Shown: positions 14,013 through 27,040, counted from the first letter of the whole stretch. The stretch: 63,828 nucleotides of DNA, filler included, from Octopus bimaculoides (GCF_001194135.2; 6 parts of 6 records of this genome joined end to end with filler, not necessarily neighbours in it); one strand, 5' to 3'. Program-made: numbers and translations. The notes: generated from the sequence alone by a model not told the origin.

Positions 14013-14205
14013 NNNNNNNNNNNNNNNNNNNNNNNNNNNNNNNNNNNNNNNNNNNNNNNNNNNNNNNNNNNNNNNNNNNNNNNNNNNNNNNNNNNNNNNN
14101 NNNNNNNNNNNNNNNNNNNNNNNNNNNNNNNNNNNNNNNNNNNNNNNNNNNNNNNNNNNNNNNNNNNNNNNNNNNNNNNNNNNNNNNNNNNNNNNNNNNN
14201 NNNNN

Positions 14206-14269
<64 letters not shown>

Positions 14270-14295
14270 CCTATATCTATCTATCTATCTACCTA

Positions 14296-14380
<85 letters not shown>
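13590..14380. repeat. (CT)n/(TCTA)n/(TCTG)n compound microsatellite with internal gap
   Basis: Direct tandem units. Confidence 0.95.
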
Positions 14381-14816
14381 CATTGTCTTTCTCTTTCACA
14401 CGTCGCTCTTTCTTCACCTCATCTTTACCCACCATCGTCCCCTTCTCGCTGCACTCTCCGTTTGTTCATGGAACATTTTGAATACAATGACACGTTTGTA
14501 TCTCACATATCTATATCTTTTCTATCGCTGTTTATCACACCATTCGAGCTGTGTTATTATATATATGTCTGTTCATACACAGTAATTTTCAACAAAAGAA
14601 AATTGAAGTATTCAATACCGTGCACATTACATACATACATATACATGCACGCACACACACACAATATATATACACACATACACATATGCATATACACACA
14701 TACACATATACACACATACACATATAGTAGAGCGGGAGGTAGAAATCAAATAACAGGGTAGGTAAAAGTGTAATTGGGGGATAAATAAATATATACGATG
14801 TCTGATCATTAAGTGT

Positions 14817-15049
14817 TATTTCTTTACTGCCCCCAAGGGGCTACACACATAGGGGACAAACAAAGACAGACAAACGGATTAAGTCGATTATATCGACCCC
14901 AGTGCGTAACTGGTACTTATTTAATCGACCCCGAAAGGATGAAAGACAAAGTCGACCTCGGCGGAATTTGAACTCAGAACGTAGCGGCAGACGAAATACC
15001 GCCAAGCATTTCGCCCGGCGTGCTAACGTGTCTGCCAGCTCGCCGCCTT
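14817..15049 (-). mobile_element. SINE family B, full length, young, 16-bp TSD
   Basis: CpG-rich, well-preserved copy flanked by the identical TCTGATCATTAAGTGT at 14801-14816 and 15050-15065. Confidence 0.95.
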
Positions 15050-15440
15050 TCTGATCATTAAGTGTGAGGACTATTGCCATAGTAACAAAGGCAAAAGCAC
15101 GCAGAGTAAAGCCGCTTGTCACAGACTGACCTTGACCTTTGATGTGCTCGTGCACTAAGTTTTAACGTTCTAGCTTACTTCCGCTGTTTACAGCAGTGCT
15201 TAGAAATAACGTNNNNNNNNNNNNNNNNNNNNNNNNNNNNNNNNNNNNNNNNNNNNNNNNNNNNNNNNNNNNNNNNNNNNNNNNNNNNNNNNNNNNNNNN
15301 NNNNNNNNNNNNNNNNNNNNNNNNNNNNNNNNNNNNNNNNNNNNNNNNNNNNNNNNNNNNNNNNNNNNNNNNNNNNNNNNNNNNNNNNNNNNNNNNNNNN
15401 NNNNNNACGCTGTGCGCATCTATGTGTGTAACTTCTAGAG

Positions 15441-15524
15441 TTAGGGTTAGTTTTAGGGTTAGGGTTAGGGTTACGGTTACGGTTAACAGTCTAGTTAGGG
15501 TTAGGGTTAGGGTTAGGGTTAGGG
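15441..15524 (+). repeat. Interstitial telomere-type (TTAGGG)n
   Basis: Nine perfect TTAGGG and two TTACGG variants, in two blocks. Confidence 0.9.
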
Positions 15525-15759
15525 GATTAATACGATATACACCGTTACAGCGCTAACTGTTTTCAACTGAATAGACGTCAGTGATTAGTAGAAATTATCG
15601 AAATAAGACAATTTTTTACATGAAATAAATTCGAATACAAAAATTTTTTTGTGTTCTATAACACAAAATAGATAAGTATACGAAGTTTGAAAGTCTTTCC
15701 GTACCAAAAACACTACATAAAACATAAATGAAAACTGGTGCCCCCGTTTTAAAATAGAT

Positions 15760-16115
15760 CCGTGTATGTTTTGCACGCAAGTTTACAAGTGGTTCAGACG
15801 TTTCCAAGGTGGCCGAAAGAATGTCGATATTGACGAACGTTCAGGGAGACCCGCAACCAGCAGAACTGAGAAAAACATCAAATATGTGTGTGCAGCTGTG
15901 AGGGAAAATCGTCGAATCACCATCCGTGAGTTATCAGAGGATGTGCAGATTAGTTACTGTTCAGTTCAGTCCATTATCACAGAAGATTTGAGTATGAGAC
16001 GCGTGTCTGGAAAGTTTGTGCCAAAACTGTTTTTAGCTGACCAAGAAAGACACTCGAGTTTCAGTTGCACAAGATCTCCTTCATTGTGTCAAGAACGATG
16101 AAAAGTTTTTGAAAA
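15760..16115 (+). pseudogene. mariner (DD34D) transposase fragment, HTH region
   Basis: CMFCTQVYKWFRRFQGGR..DERSGRPATS..VRENRRITIRELSEDVQIS..SVQSIITEDLSMRRVSGKFVPK, then a frameshift to AQDLLHCVKNDEKFLK. Confidence 0.9.
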
Positions 16116-16395
16116 TTATGCGTAGGCCTCTCAGCAGATATCGCCAAGCTTTTGGCAAAAATTGATGCAGATTCTCTGCTGAACTTTCTCTGTCATGGTC
16201 GATGCGATGAACACACGCTCCACACGTTCCTTTCAAGCACTACTCTAAACAGCGGAAGTGAGCTAGAACATCAACACTTACTGCGCATGCGCAGCAGATT
16301 TTAAGGTCAATCTGTGCCAAGCGGCTTCATTCTGAGTACTTTAGCTTCGTGATTATGGCAACAGTTCAGATACTTATTGATCAGACCCACGTGTA
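16106..16395 (-). mobile_element. mariner 5' end (TIR, 5' UTR, N-terminus), opposite orientation to the adjacent fragment
   Basis: Minus strand starts TA-CACGTGGGTCTGATCAATAAGTATC. The ATG at 16196 gives MTEKVQQRICINFCQKLGDIC*EAYA. Confidence 0.85.
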
Positions 16396-16781
16396 TATAT
16401 ATATATATGTATATATATANNNNNNNNNNNNNNNNNNNNNNNNNNNNNNNNNNNNNNNNNNNNNNNNNNNNNNNNNNNNNNNNNNNNNNNNNNNNNNNNN
16501 NNNNNNNNNNNNNNNNNNNNNNNNNNNNNNNNNNNNNNNNNNNNNNNNNNNNNNNNNNNNNNNNNNNNNNNNNNNNNNNNNNNNNNNNNNNNNNNNNNNN
16601 NNNNNNNNNNNNNNNNNNNNNNNNNNNNNNNNNNNNNNNNNNNNNNNNNNNNNNNNNNNNNNNNNNNNNNNNNNNNNNNNNNNNNNNNNNNNNNNNNNNN
16701 NNNNNNNNNNNNNNNNNNNNNACATATATATATATATATATATATATAGATATATATATATATACATACATACATACATAC

Positions 16782-16828
<47 letters not shown>

Positions 16829-17009
16829 TATATTCATATTCATATTCACATACACACACTTTCTTTCTCTCTTACACACACATACACACACGCATACATA
16901 TAGATAGACATATACATATAAAACATATATAAAATACATATACATGCATACATACATACATACATACACATACACACACACAAAAATATATACAGACACG
17001 CACACACAG

Positions 17010-17132
17010 AGTGTAGCGTTATGGCCAAGTGTCTTCTAAAGCTCCGAACCGACCAATGACTTGCGTGTGAATTTGTCGAATGGAAACTGTGTTGAAGCCT
17101 GTGAAATATGTGTTTGTGCGTGTGCGTGCGTG

Positions 17133-17173
<41 letters not shown>

Positions 17174-17380
17174 GTGTGTGCCCAGATGTGTTTATCCCAC
17201 ACGCACCAATTGATAGCCGGTACAAGTTTATTTAGGTCCCCGTAACGTAGCGGTTCGTCAAAAAAGAGAACGATAAAATAAGTACCAGACTTAAACGATA
17301 TAAGTCCTTGGGGTGATCTACTCGGCTAAGAATTGCTGCAGTCTAATGACTGAAACAAGTAAAGTATAAAAGATAAAAGA
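17010..17380 (+). mobile_element. SINE family A, degenerate, 5' truncated
   Basis: GGCCAAGTGTCTTCTA, internal (TG)n, CCCCGTAACGTAGCGGTTCG and GACTGAAACAAGTAAA. Confidence 0.8.
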
Positions 17381-17441
<61 letters not shown>

Positions 17442-18169
17442 TAACCACATATTCACACGCATATGCACGCACACTTGTACATACATACGCAGTGCGAGGC
17501 TACATAATATGTATATATACAAACACCATATAGTAGCACAGTGTCTATTTGTCTAACATATTCCAATAAGCATACATATACGTGTACAGACACACTGAGG
17601 GAATGTTCTATCTACCTCTATGGCATCTCTCTTTTAAACTCCATTCTTACCTAGTTCATCAATATATCAGCCCACCTCTTCTTTTCTCTGTTGTTATCTG
17701 AATCTCTTCAGTGCATTTTCCAGTATTTTATTTGTTTACTTCTTTCCTCTCAATAATAGATGAAATATTTCACATTTATAACGAAAATACTTTCATGTGT
17801 TGAACGAATTAGAGAAAGGAGTCAATCAAAGTGAAAAGAATCAGTTTTAGATCAATATTATGAAGTGAGATATAATTACAGCTAATATGAAGTCAATCCA
17901 AACTTCCATATATGAGTGTGTGTGTGTTTGTGTGTGTGCATACTCTCAATTCACTCTCCACCAAAAGAATAACTACCTCCACTGCCTCTAATAGAAAAAT
18001 CACTAATACCCTCACCTTAGATTTATTTAGCTACTGATTCATTTACAAAACAACTTTCCTACTACTATCGTAATATTAGTCATGATTAGCAAAGGCAAAA
18101 CCGGTTGATTATGTAAATAATTTATCTCAAACATGTGTGTGTATGCATGTATGTATGTATGTGTGCATG

Positions 18170-18550
18170 CGCAGACGTGTCTGTGTGGTAAGAAGCTTGT
18201 TTTGCTTCCCAACCACACAGTTCCGAGTTCAGTTTCATTACGTGGCACCTTCTTCTATAGCCACAGGCCGACCAAAGACTTGTGAGTGAATTGCGTAAGA
18301 CGGAACCTCAAAGCGGCCCATCGTATATACGTATATGTGTGCGTGCCTTTTTGTCTGTCCATCACAAGCGCTTGACAACCGGTGGTGGTTTATTTACGTG
18401 CCCACCATTTAGTTTCCCAGTATAAGACACTGACACCGATACGGACAGAATCAGTATGAGGCTTATCAAAAAATAAATCCTGGTTTTGATTTGTTCGACT
18501 AAAACCCTTCGAGGTAGTATGGCTGCAGTCCAATGACTGAAACAAGTAAT
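18170..18550 (+). mobile_element. SINE family A
   Basis: GTGTGGTAAGAAGCTTG head through GACTGAAACAAGTAA tail. Confidence 0.85.
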
Positions 18551-18899
18551 ATGTGTGTGTGAGTGTGTGTGTGTATGTGTGTAAGTGTGTGTGTATGTGT
18601 GTGTGTACGTGCGTAAGTGCATCCAAGTGTGCAGTAAATGATAAGCTCAGAGCACGAAAAATTTACCGCTCAAGTTACGGCTCTTACAAGTAATCGCATC
18701 AAACTCCCACCGTCGCCTAACTGATACCAGCCAATCTCACGAAACACGTGTACGTTACGTAAAGCATTAATGTCGATTATGTTTTCTATCTTCCTTTTAT
18801 ATGTATATACATGAACTGTAGTTCTAAGTACTGGCGCCTATCACGAGGAAGGTCAGGGCTTGATTCCCGCCAGAAATGTTTTATAAATTGATGGTGCCA

Positions 18900-19040
18900 G
18901 TGTGATTGTGCGGTAAGTAGATTGCTTCCCAACCACACGATTCTAGGGTCAATCTTACTGCGTAGAACCATGGGCAAGTGTCTTTTACTATATAACCTGG
19001 CTAACCAATACTTGAGACCGATAGAATAAGTGCCACACTT
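18900..19040 (+). mobile_element. SINE family A, internally deleted
   Basis: Head (GCGGTAAGTAGATTGCTTCCCAACCAC) joined directly to GAGACCGATAGAATAAGT. Confidence 0.7.
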
Positions 19041-19367
19041 TACATCCATTTGTTGTTTACACCACCTGTCTTCGTCTGTTGTTTTTTCGTAAATTCTCCC
19101 ACTTCTCTTCACCCCTACTCTTTCTCTCCTCTCTCTTACTCTCTCTCACTCTCTTCTCTCGTACTCCCCCCTCTCTCACTCTTACTCTCTACACTCTTAC
19201 TCTCCTACTCTCTACACTCTTACTCTCTTACTCTCTCACCCTTACTCTCTTACTCTCTTACTCTCTCACCCTTACTCTCTCACTCTCTTCCCTTCTCTCT
19301 CACTCTCTTTCTCTTCCTCCCTTTCTCCCCCCATACCCCTCTTCCCTCTCTCTCACTCTCTTTCTCT

Positions 19368-19467
19368 NNNNNNNNNNNNNNNNNNNNNNNNNNNNNNNNN
19401 NNNNNNNNNNNTTAATTAATTAANNNNNNNNNNNNNNNNNNNNNNNNNNNNNNNNNNNNNNNNNNNN
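19368..19467. other. Artificial scaffold join
   Basis: N44-TTAATTAATTAA-N44, linker at 19412-19423. Confidence 0.95.
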
Positions 19468-19488
19468 ATATATGTGTATGTATATATA

Positions 19489-20341
19489 CTAGCAGAAATG
19501 CCCGTCGTTGGCTGGGTTCAGAAAGAGCCTTCAAAAATTATACTCTGATTTATGAAAGTTACTGCTTCGATATTATTGAATGTTTTATAGCGGAATATCC
19601 GCCAGCTCTTTTTGCCAAGCTTCGGCCCAAAAATTATAATATAGTCTAATATACTTTTGAACTTAAAACTCGTTTATCCTTAAAAATATTCTTCCCAAAC
19701 ATGTAGATGATAAATCTCTATGCATTCTTATAACTCAAAAGAAAGGAATGCCAGTTTTTGTGTAAAAGAGGTTCTTACATTAACCAGATATAATCATGGC
19801 TGCATACAAACTTCTTATTCTTTATCTCAATATACTGATTTATAAATTGAAGCAACCATCTCATAGACTGCGGCTTTTGCATATAGAATGCAAGTAAATG
19901 AAAGCTTGAGGAAAATTATAAAGACATACATATTGCAATGCTTATTCAGGAATCACAACAAACACTTAACAATTAAATATGTATTATCATAGTAATGTAA
20001 CATCTTCATTATAACTATTTATGGTGCTTAACAGATCAATTATGATGCTGGCAAACTTTATACCAAGGTCGTGGCTGCATAAAGATATAAATAGGTTTTT
20101 AAAAATAAAGAAAGTAAAGCAATTAGAAATGAAAAACGAGAAATAATTAAAACTCTGAAGCATGATGATATATGAAAAGTTTCAAGAAAAACAAATTATA
20201 TAGGTTATAATAGATCTCCAATATGATAACGGAATGATTTTACTAATAGGTTATTCATAACCTTAAAGATTATACAAAAAAATTCTATTACAAGTAAAAA
20301 AAAAGAACGACATAGAAGTGGCTTTTCGTATTATCAGGGGA
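19489..20341 (-). mobile_element. Non-autonomous Helitron
   Basis: Minus strand has A|TC at the 5' end (20341), CTAG|T at the 3' end (19489) and a GC-rich imperfect hairpin CCCAGCCAACGACGGGC about 8 nt before CTAG. Insertion is between A and T. Confidence 0.7.
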
Positions 20342-20535
20342 TGACGCTGAGAATCTCATTATAAATATATTGAACAATGTACAATTATTAGTTTGTTAAT
20401 CGCTCAGAAAAAACAGACAATATTTCGAGTTCGCTCAGAAAGAACAGACAATATTTCGAGTTTTACCATTAAGGGTGGATGTGAAAAGGTTTTTCTTACT
20501 CCCTACTCTAGAAGTACCGACATATATATATATAT

Positions 20536-21875
20536 ATTGGAGCAATCTTGAGTATAATCAGCCGAAATTGCGAATATACTCTGGTACTCAACTGAGGAAA
20601 GAAAACATCGAATGACCCGTCCTTGTTTTCTTTGTATCGTCTTTCTGGATGCTTTGTTGTCCCATTTTGTATTTATATACACACACACACACACGCACAC
20701 ACACACACACACACACNNNNNNNNNNNNNNNNNNNNNNNNNNNNNNNNNNNNNNNNNNNNNNNNNNNNNNNNNNNNNNNNNNNNNNNNNNNNNNNNNNNN
20801 NNNNNNNNNNNNNNNNNNNNNNNNNNNNNNNNNNNNNNNNNNNNNNNNNNNNNNNNNNNNNNNNNNNNNNNNNNNNNNNNNNNNNNNNNNNNNNNNNNNN
20901 NNNNNNNNNNNNNNNNNNNNNNNNNNNNNNNNNNNNNNNNNNNNNNNNNNNNNNNNNNNNNNNNNNNNNNNNNNNNNNNNNNNNNNNNNNNNNNNNNNNN
21001 NNNNNNNNNNNNNNNNNNNNNNNNNNNNNNNNNNNNNNNNNNNNNNNNNNNNNNNNNNNNNNNNNNNNNNNNNNNNNNNNNNNNNNNNNNNNNNNNNNNN
21101 NNNNNNNNNNNNNNNNNNNNNNNNNNNNNNNNNNNNNNNNNNNNNNNNNNNNNATATATATATATATATATATATATATAGCGGCGTACGTATACTTTGG
21201 TCTCTCATATGTAGGTGTACGTTTTTCTAAATCTTGTACGACTCTATTTCTGTCTATCAGCCCCTTCACCCTTATTCGTTCATTCCACTCTTCGTTCTTT
21301 CGTTCCACCTCTCTCATATTTCATTACTTTCTCTTCTTGCTCACTTTCCCTCCACTTTTCACTTCACTGTGACCCTGTCATTTTTTCTCACCCTTCCTTA
21401 ATTCTTCTGTCCCTCTGCCTCTACCTCTCTCTCTCTTCTCTTCTCACGTGACCGGCGTTCGGCCAGGCCTGATCTTTCTTTCTTGGCCGGCCGTTGTCCG
21501 TGCAACATCGATATGTGCCTGTGAAAATTTGTATCCCTGCCGTAAGGCTTTATTTCCACACACACCAGCTTAATTTAATTCGTCCTTAGTCGAAAGACAC
21601 CTGTTGTTATGTCCTGTTATTATTTTTATTGTATTTGTGTAACATAGTTCGTTTTTTCCGTCCTTGTTTTGTATACATTCGCTGCTTTCTTCCAAGGAAT
21701 CTAATGTTCTTAGCTTAGTTTTTCCTTGGGGCTGGCCAGATTGGAGCAATCTCGAATATAATCAGCCGAAATTATGAAGATAATCTGGTACTCGACTGAG
21801 GAAAGAAAACATCGAATGACCCGTCCTTGTTTTCTTTGTATCGTCTATCTGGATGTTTTGCGTTCTTGTCCCATT
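20536..21875 (+). repeat. Pair of ~133-bp direct repeats (20536-20668, 21740-21875), PLE pseudo-LTR-like
   Basis: Both read ATTGGAGCAATCT..CAGCCGAAATT..CTGAGGAAAGAAAACATCGAATGACCCGTCCTTGTTTTCTTTGTATCGTC. Confidence 0.6.
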
Positions 21876-22548
21876 NNNNNNNNNNNNNNNNNNNNNNNNN
21901 NNNNNNNNNNNNNNNNNNNNNNNNNNNNNNNNNNNNNNNNNNNNNNNNNNNNNNNNNNNNNNNNNNNNNNNNNNNNNNNNNNNNNNNNNNNNNNNNNNNN
22001 NNNNNNNNNNNNNNNNNNNNNNNNNNNNNNNNNNNNNNNNNNNNNNNNNNNNNNNNNNNNNNNNNNNNNNNNNNNNNNNNNNNNNNNNNNNNNNNNNNNN
22101 NNNNNNNNNNNNNNNNNNNNNNNNNNNNNNNNNNNNNNNNNNNNNNNNNNNNNNNNNNNNNNNNNNNNNNNNNNNNNNNNNNNNNNNNNNNNNNNNNNNN
22201 NNNNNNNNNNNNNNNNNNNNNNNNNNNNNNNNNNNNNNNNNNNNNNNNNNNNNNNNNNNNNNNNNNNNNNNNNNNNNNNNNNNNNNNNNNNNNNNNNNNN
22301 NNNNNNNNNNNNNNNNNNNNNNNNNNNNNNNNNNNNNNNNNNNNNNNNNNNNNNNNNNNNNNNNNNNNNNNNNNNNNNNNNNNNNNNNNNNNNNNNNNNN
22401 NNNNNNNNNNNNNNNNNNNNNNNNNNNNNNNNNNNNNNNNNNNNNNNNNNNNNNNNNNNNNNNNNNNNNNNNNNNNNNNNNNNNNNNNNNNNNNNNNNNN
22501 NNNNNNNNNNNNNATGTATGTATATGTATGTATGTTTATATATGTATG

Positions 22549-22581
<33 letters not shown>

Positions 22582-23189
22582 GCATGTATGTATGTTTGTA
22601 TGTATGTATTTTTGTATGTATGTGTGTGTATGTATGTATGTATATGTATGTATACATGTACATGTTTGTGTGTGTGTTTGTATGTGTATGTGTGTGTATG
22701 TGTGTGTATGTGTGTGTATGTGTGTGTATGTGTGTGTGTGCGCGCACACACATATTCAGTATGGATATGTATGTACACATAGGTGTGTATTTGTATTTAT
22801 ACCTATAAACTCGAATGTGCACGAGCGTACTCACATTAAATAATTAACGAATTAATCAATCTATAGTGAACGCAGTTCATTATAAAGAAGGCAGGGCTAA
22901 TGAAAGGTGGAAGGGAGACAACAATTCAAATTTTCCTATCTCCCATGATCTATATATTTATTTATCCTAAAATCCTGTACAGTCTCGTGTAGCTTCCTGT
23001 ATTCTCATTCAAGATGACGACGAGTATCAACGTTCCCATGTGGCAGGTTGTATAATTGTTGAAAGATTTCTTTTTACATAAAATCAATAGTAGCCTTGAT
23101 AACCCACAGATATATAAAAATTTCTCTACCAATGCAGTGTTGAGCACTCATTCTCACTGTTAGATATTAGCGTGTGTATCTATTTTTGA

Positions 23190-23223
<34 letters not shown>

Positions 23224-24284
23224 GAATCTAAATCTTTTAGATATCACCTCAACTTCTATATTATTTGTAAGTTACTGACGTAACAAAGTTGTGAGTGTGA
23301 AAATGTATTTGAGGACATCTAATGTTTAAATTTGTTTAATGTATGAGCATCTTATCTTTCAAATGCTAACATGTAAGTATTGTATTGGTGTAGCTAATGC
23401 TTACAGTTGCAAATAATTTAACAGTCAGAAGAGGTCAAGAAACTAGAAATATTTCGAGGTAGATCATTATGAAGCACTGATTTTGATTATGCGGTGTAAT
23501 AAAAGAGCATTGTTATAAGAATAAACTACACTCAATAATTGCTTCCGGTGATGTCAGTTACTTGTGAGAGCATAGGATTTTATCTATTTATTTTCTATTT
23601 TATGTGGCTTAGTCACCAGTTGAAAGACACCCAAAACTAATGAGAAGATTTGTAGAAGTTATCCTCAAACTGGGGGCATGGCTCGTATGCTTCCAAGCTG
23701 AATTTCCCCCAAAGTACGCAAAGAATATATGGTAGACAGCGGGTTAAGCCTATTCCTCAGTAATTTATCATTCGTTATTCATCATTTGTGCAGTTTCTTT
23801 TGAATGATCCGATTTTTCACTCCTAAACCAAAGCTGGAACCAATTTTTAACCTGTCACTCGGTCTATAGTTCTAATCTAGACCAAATCCCTAAGAACCAC
23901 TTCCAAACCACTATTGCAAAGCTATTTGACATTCCTCTTATTATTTCTTTGACTCTAGAGGGTGCTTCAGTGTCGTTGCTAGTCCCACGAGAATAGCACT
24001 CAAATCTTCCTCATACCCCACTTGACAGCTGCCAAATCACCTTCAAGCCACATCTTGCCAATTACAAAGGACATTCTGGATAATGTAGGCCGAAGTATAT
24101 TGTAAAAAGAGTATTTAAAAAGATGAAAGTGTCCACGCCTGGAGTGTTTTTTAATCTCACAACTGGAACAGTACCAGTTTGGAGCTATGCAACATCACAA
24201 ACCATTCATCTAATTCTTCTTCTAAGTTGCAGATCTATCATCATATATTTCTAACCCATATTTGCTATCACAAAGGTTAGGATT

Positions 24285-24375
24285 CCTCATCGGGACCAGA
24301 AAATACAACCTTCATCAGTTGATAACCTTCTACAAAGCTCAGGTAACAGCCATGTTGCAGTTTTTTCCGCAATGG
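24285..24375 (+). mobile_element. CR1/L2-group LINE fragment, very decayed
   Basis: TRKYNLHQLITFYKAQVTAMLQFFPQW resembles the LLxLYKAQVRxxMEYCxxxW post-RT motif. Confidence 0.35.
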
Positions 24376-25536
24376 CACCATTCACTAGAGATTCACGGAC
24401 CTATGCACCACCATCTCTAGCCCAAATATTTTATTTCTTTCTTTTAATATTCCTACAACAGATTCTGTTCCTCTCCCTTTAATCCTGATCATCCGACGTA
24501 CTGGTCCGTATTTCTCAATTCACTGTCCCCCCCCCACCACCACCAACAACAACCTCAGATCCCACACAAAATATTTTTCCCAATTATTCTTCCACATTAC
24601 TGCAGTCCCAGCCCCATTTCCCTTTCACCATCCTGTCAATACCTACAATTGCCACAACCTGCCGCAAACAAAACACCTACGCATGCGCTTACATTCAAAG
24701 TCTTCTTCCCCTTCTTCTCCTCCTTCTTCTACATCCTCCGTTTTCATGAGACGTAATCCAAGATATGTTGTGCACTTACTCCATTGCTCATTCATTAAAT
24801 TAATATTTCTGATTCGATCATAATGAAGTTGTGAAATTCATGTTTGCAAAGCTTATCGAACACAATAAACTCCTGTAGTTTGACATCTGTGATTTAAAAA
24901 ACAAAAGTGTCCATTGATATATTTGGTCTTCACAAAGTATGTCTATTTGTAATTAATCTTCTTAAGCGTGAAATGTTGTCAACTAGAAAGTACGTGCCCT
25001 TGAATTTAGTCATTCATTAGTTATTCTTTATGATAAATGAACTCCAACTGAAAATACAAAACGAGAATAATATCCATTGTTTATCCCATCTATTAGTGTT
25101 TCGGTTATTGACCAGACACTGCCATTATGAAACAGAAATGTTTCTCATACCTACACCACGCATACGGACACAACTTCATACACACTCAACAAGACAATCA
25201 CTCATATACATAAAAGCAAACACACTATCACTCAAACATTAACTTTTTTTTATACAGACTTATTTATATTAGAATTTCATCTACATACGCGCCCACACAC
25301 ATATGTAAAACTAATACTAGCATGCAACCGCATATATATACGCGCGCCTAAGCATCATACACATCTACATTCACACATATTTTCACAAACATGCATCTTC
25401 ATGCACATACATTCTATCACTATAATCCGTCTCACCAAAAATTGGAACTTTTTTTGAAGATCTTCAGCATTGTCACGTGATTCATATTATCCCCTAAATT
25501 TTTATAACTATTACTTCCTTCTTATTTTCGTATCGA

Positions 25537-25596
<60 letters not shown>

Positions 25597-26190
25597 CTCT
25601 CCCTCTCTCTCTTTACTTATCTATCTATTTATATACCTCTTTCTTTCTCTCTCTCCCTCTCTCGCTCTCGCTCTCTCTCCATCGATTCCATTCAATATCA
25701 AACACGTTTTTGTTTATTTTATATCAAACGCTTTTTTATTTGTTTGTTTATTTATAATACTTTTTAATTAATTATGTCACTTTTTTAATATGATGTGGCA
25801 ATCGACAATTAAGCGTGGTCATTCGTTCCACGCACACTTTTCAACGTCATGGCTTCCAATATTAAGAACCACGTGCTGTGCTGCTATAATGAGGCTTGGT
25901 TGTCAGCATACGAGGTCAGGTCAAGATGGAGATATTGTAATGCTATTGGCATCTTGTATACATATTCAGAGAGGTACACACTTAGGCCGACGCATATAAA
26001 TACACATGACCACTTAATTATATGCATGCGTATATACCAATACCAAAGCTGTATATAGTTACGATGAATGATGTATGCACACGTATATTTCACTGGCGTA
26101 TATATATATATATATATATATATACATACACAAAATTTGTTTTTTCACATAAAATATACATACACACGTACACACACGCACACACACACA

Positions 26191-26229
<39 letters not shown>

Positions 26230-26819
26230 GCACACGCACACACACACAAACGCATATATGTGTGTATGTATATATGTCTGTATAATAGTATGAGTAATTA
26301 TGCATGTGTTATACGCGTGTGTATGTGTGTGTGTNNNNNNNNNNNNNNNNNNNNNNNNNNNNNNNNNNNNNNNNNNNNNNNNNNNNNNNNNNNNNNNNNN
26401 NNNNNNNNNNNNNNNNNNNNNNNNNNNNNNNNNNNNNNNNNNNNNNNNNNNNNNNNNNNNNNNNNNNNNNNNNNNNNNNNNNNNNNNNNNNNNNNNNNNN
26501 NNNNNNNNNNNNNNNNNNNNNNNNNNNNNNNNNNNNNNNNNNNNNNNNNNNNNNNNNNNNNNNNNNNNNNNNNNNNNNNNNNNNNNNNNNNNNNNNNNNN
26601 NNNNNNNNNNNNNNNNNNNNATATATATAATTATATGTATTTATTTTATCCTAATTAATAATAATTCGGATAGAATAAATGGGTTAATAGAAACCAGGGT
26701 AGCAAAGATCACAAAATAACTGTGGTGTAATTCCTGTTTGTGAGGCAGAAAGTCCTTGATATTTTGGGTGTTTGAGTATATATAAATTTAAGGAATGGAG
26801 TAAACGCATGTTATAACTG

Positions 26820-26918
26820 CATACTTTATTCCGACATATGTTTCGAAGAATTACAATTTATGCGATCCATAGGAATCGTCGATGTTAAAAATGTAAACTT
26901 CTCCTCAGTGAATGTATG
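26820..26918 (-). ncRNA. Mirror-image type I hammerhead motif in the left arm
   Basis: Same core on the minus strand (core 26908-26902, GTC 26835-26833). The first stem I pair is broken by a C>A change. Confidence 0.7.
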
Positions 26919-26941
26919 GAAACCAAGTTTAAGATGGTTCC

Positions 26942-27040
26942 CATACATTCCCTGAGGAGAAGTTTACATTTTTAACATCGACGATTCCTATGGATCGCAT
27001 AAATTGTAATTCTTCGAAACATATGTCGGAATAAAGTATG
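26942..27040 (+). ncRNA. Type I hammerhead ribozyme motif, structurally complete
   Basis: Stem I ATTCC (26947-51)/GGAAT (27028-32), extended by CATAC/GTATG. Core CTGAGGA (26952-58), stem II GAAG/CTTC, GAAA (27016-19), stem III C-ATAT-G, GTC triplet (27025-27). Confidence 0.85.

Noticed and set aside
15441-15524. True telomere or chromosome-fusion site
   Set aside because: The tract is short, interrupted and single-orientation, with no head-to-head TTAGGG/CCCTAA junction.
20590-20625. CTGAGGA..CGAATGACCCGTC as a hammerhead (also at 21795)
   Set aside because: GAAA is GAAT, stem II is at most 2 bp, and stem I is out of register.
22983-23046. Candidate 64-bp exon (SRVASCILIQDDDEYQRSHVA)
   Set aside because: The donor (GTTGTA) is weak, the peptide is not recognisable, and there are no partner exons.
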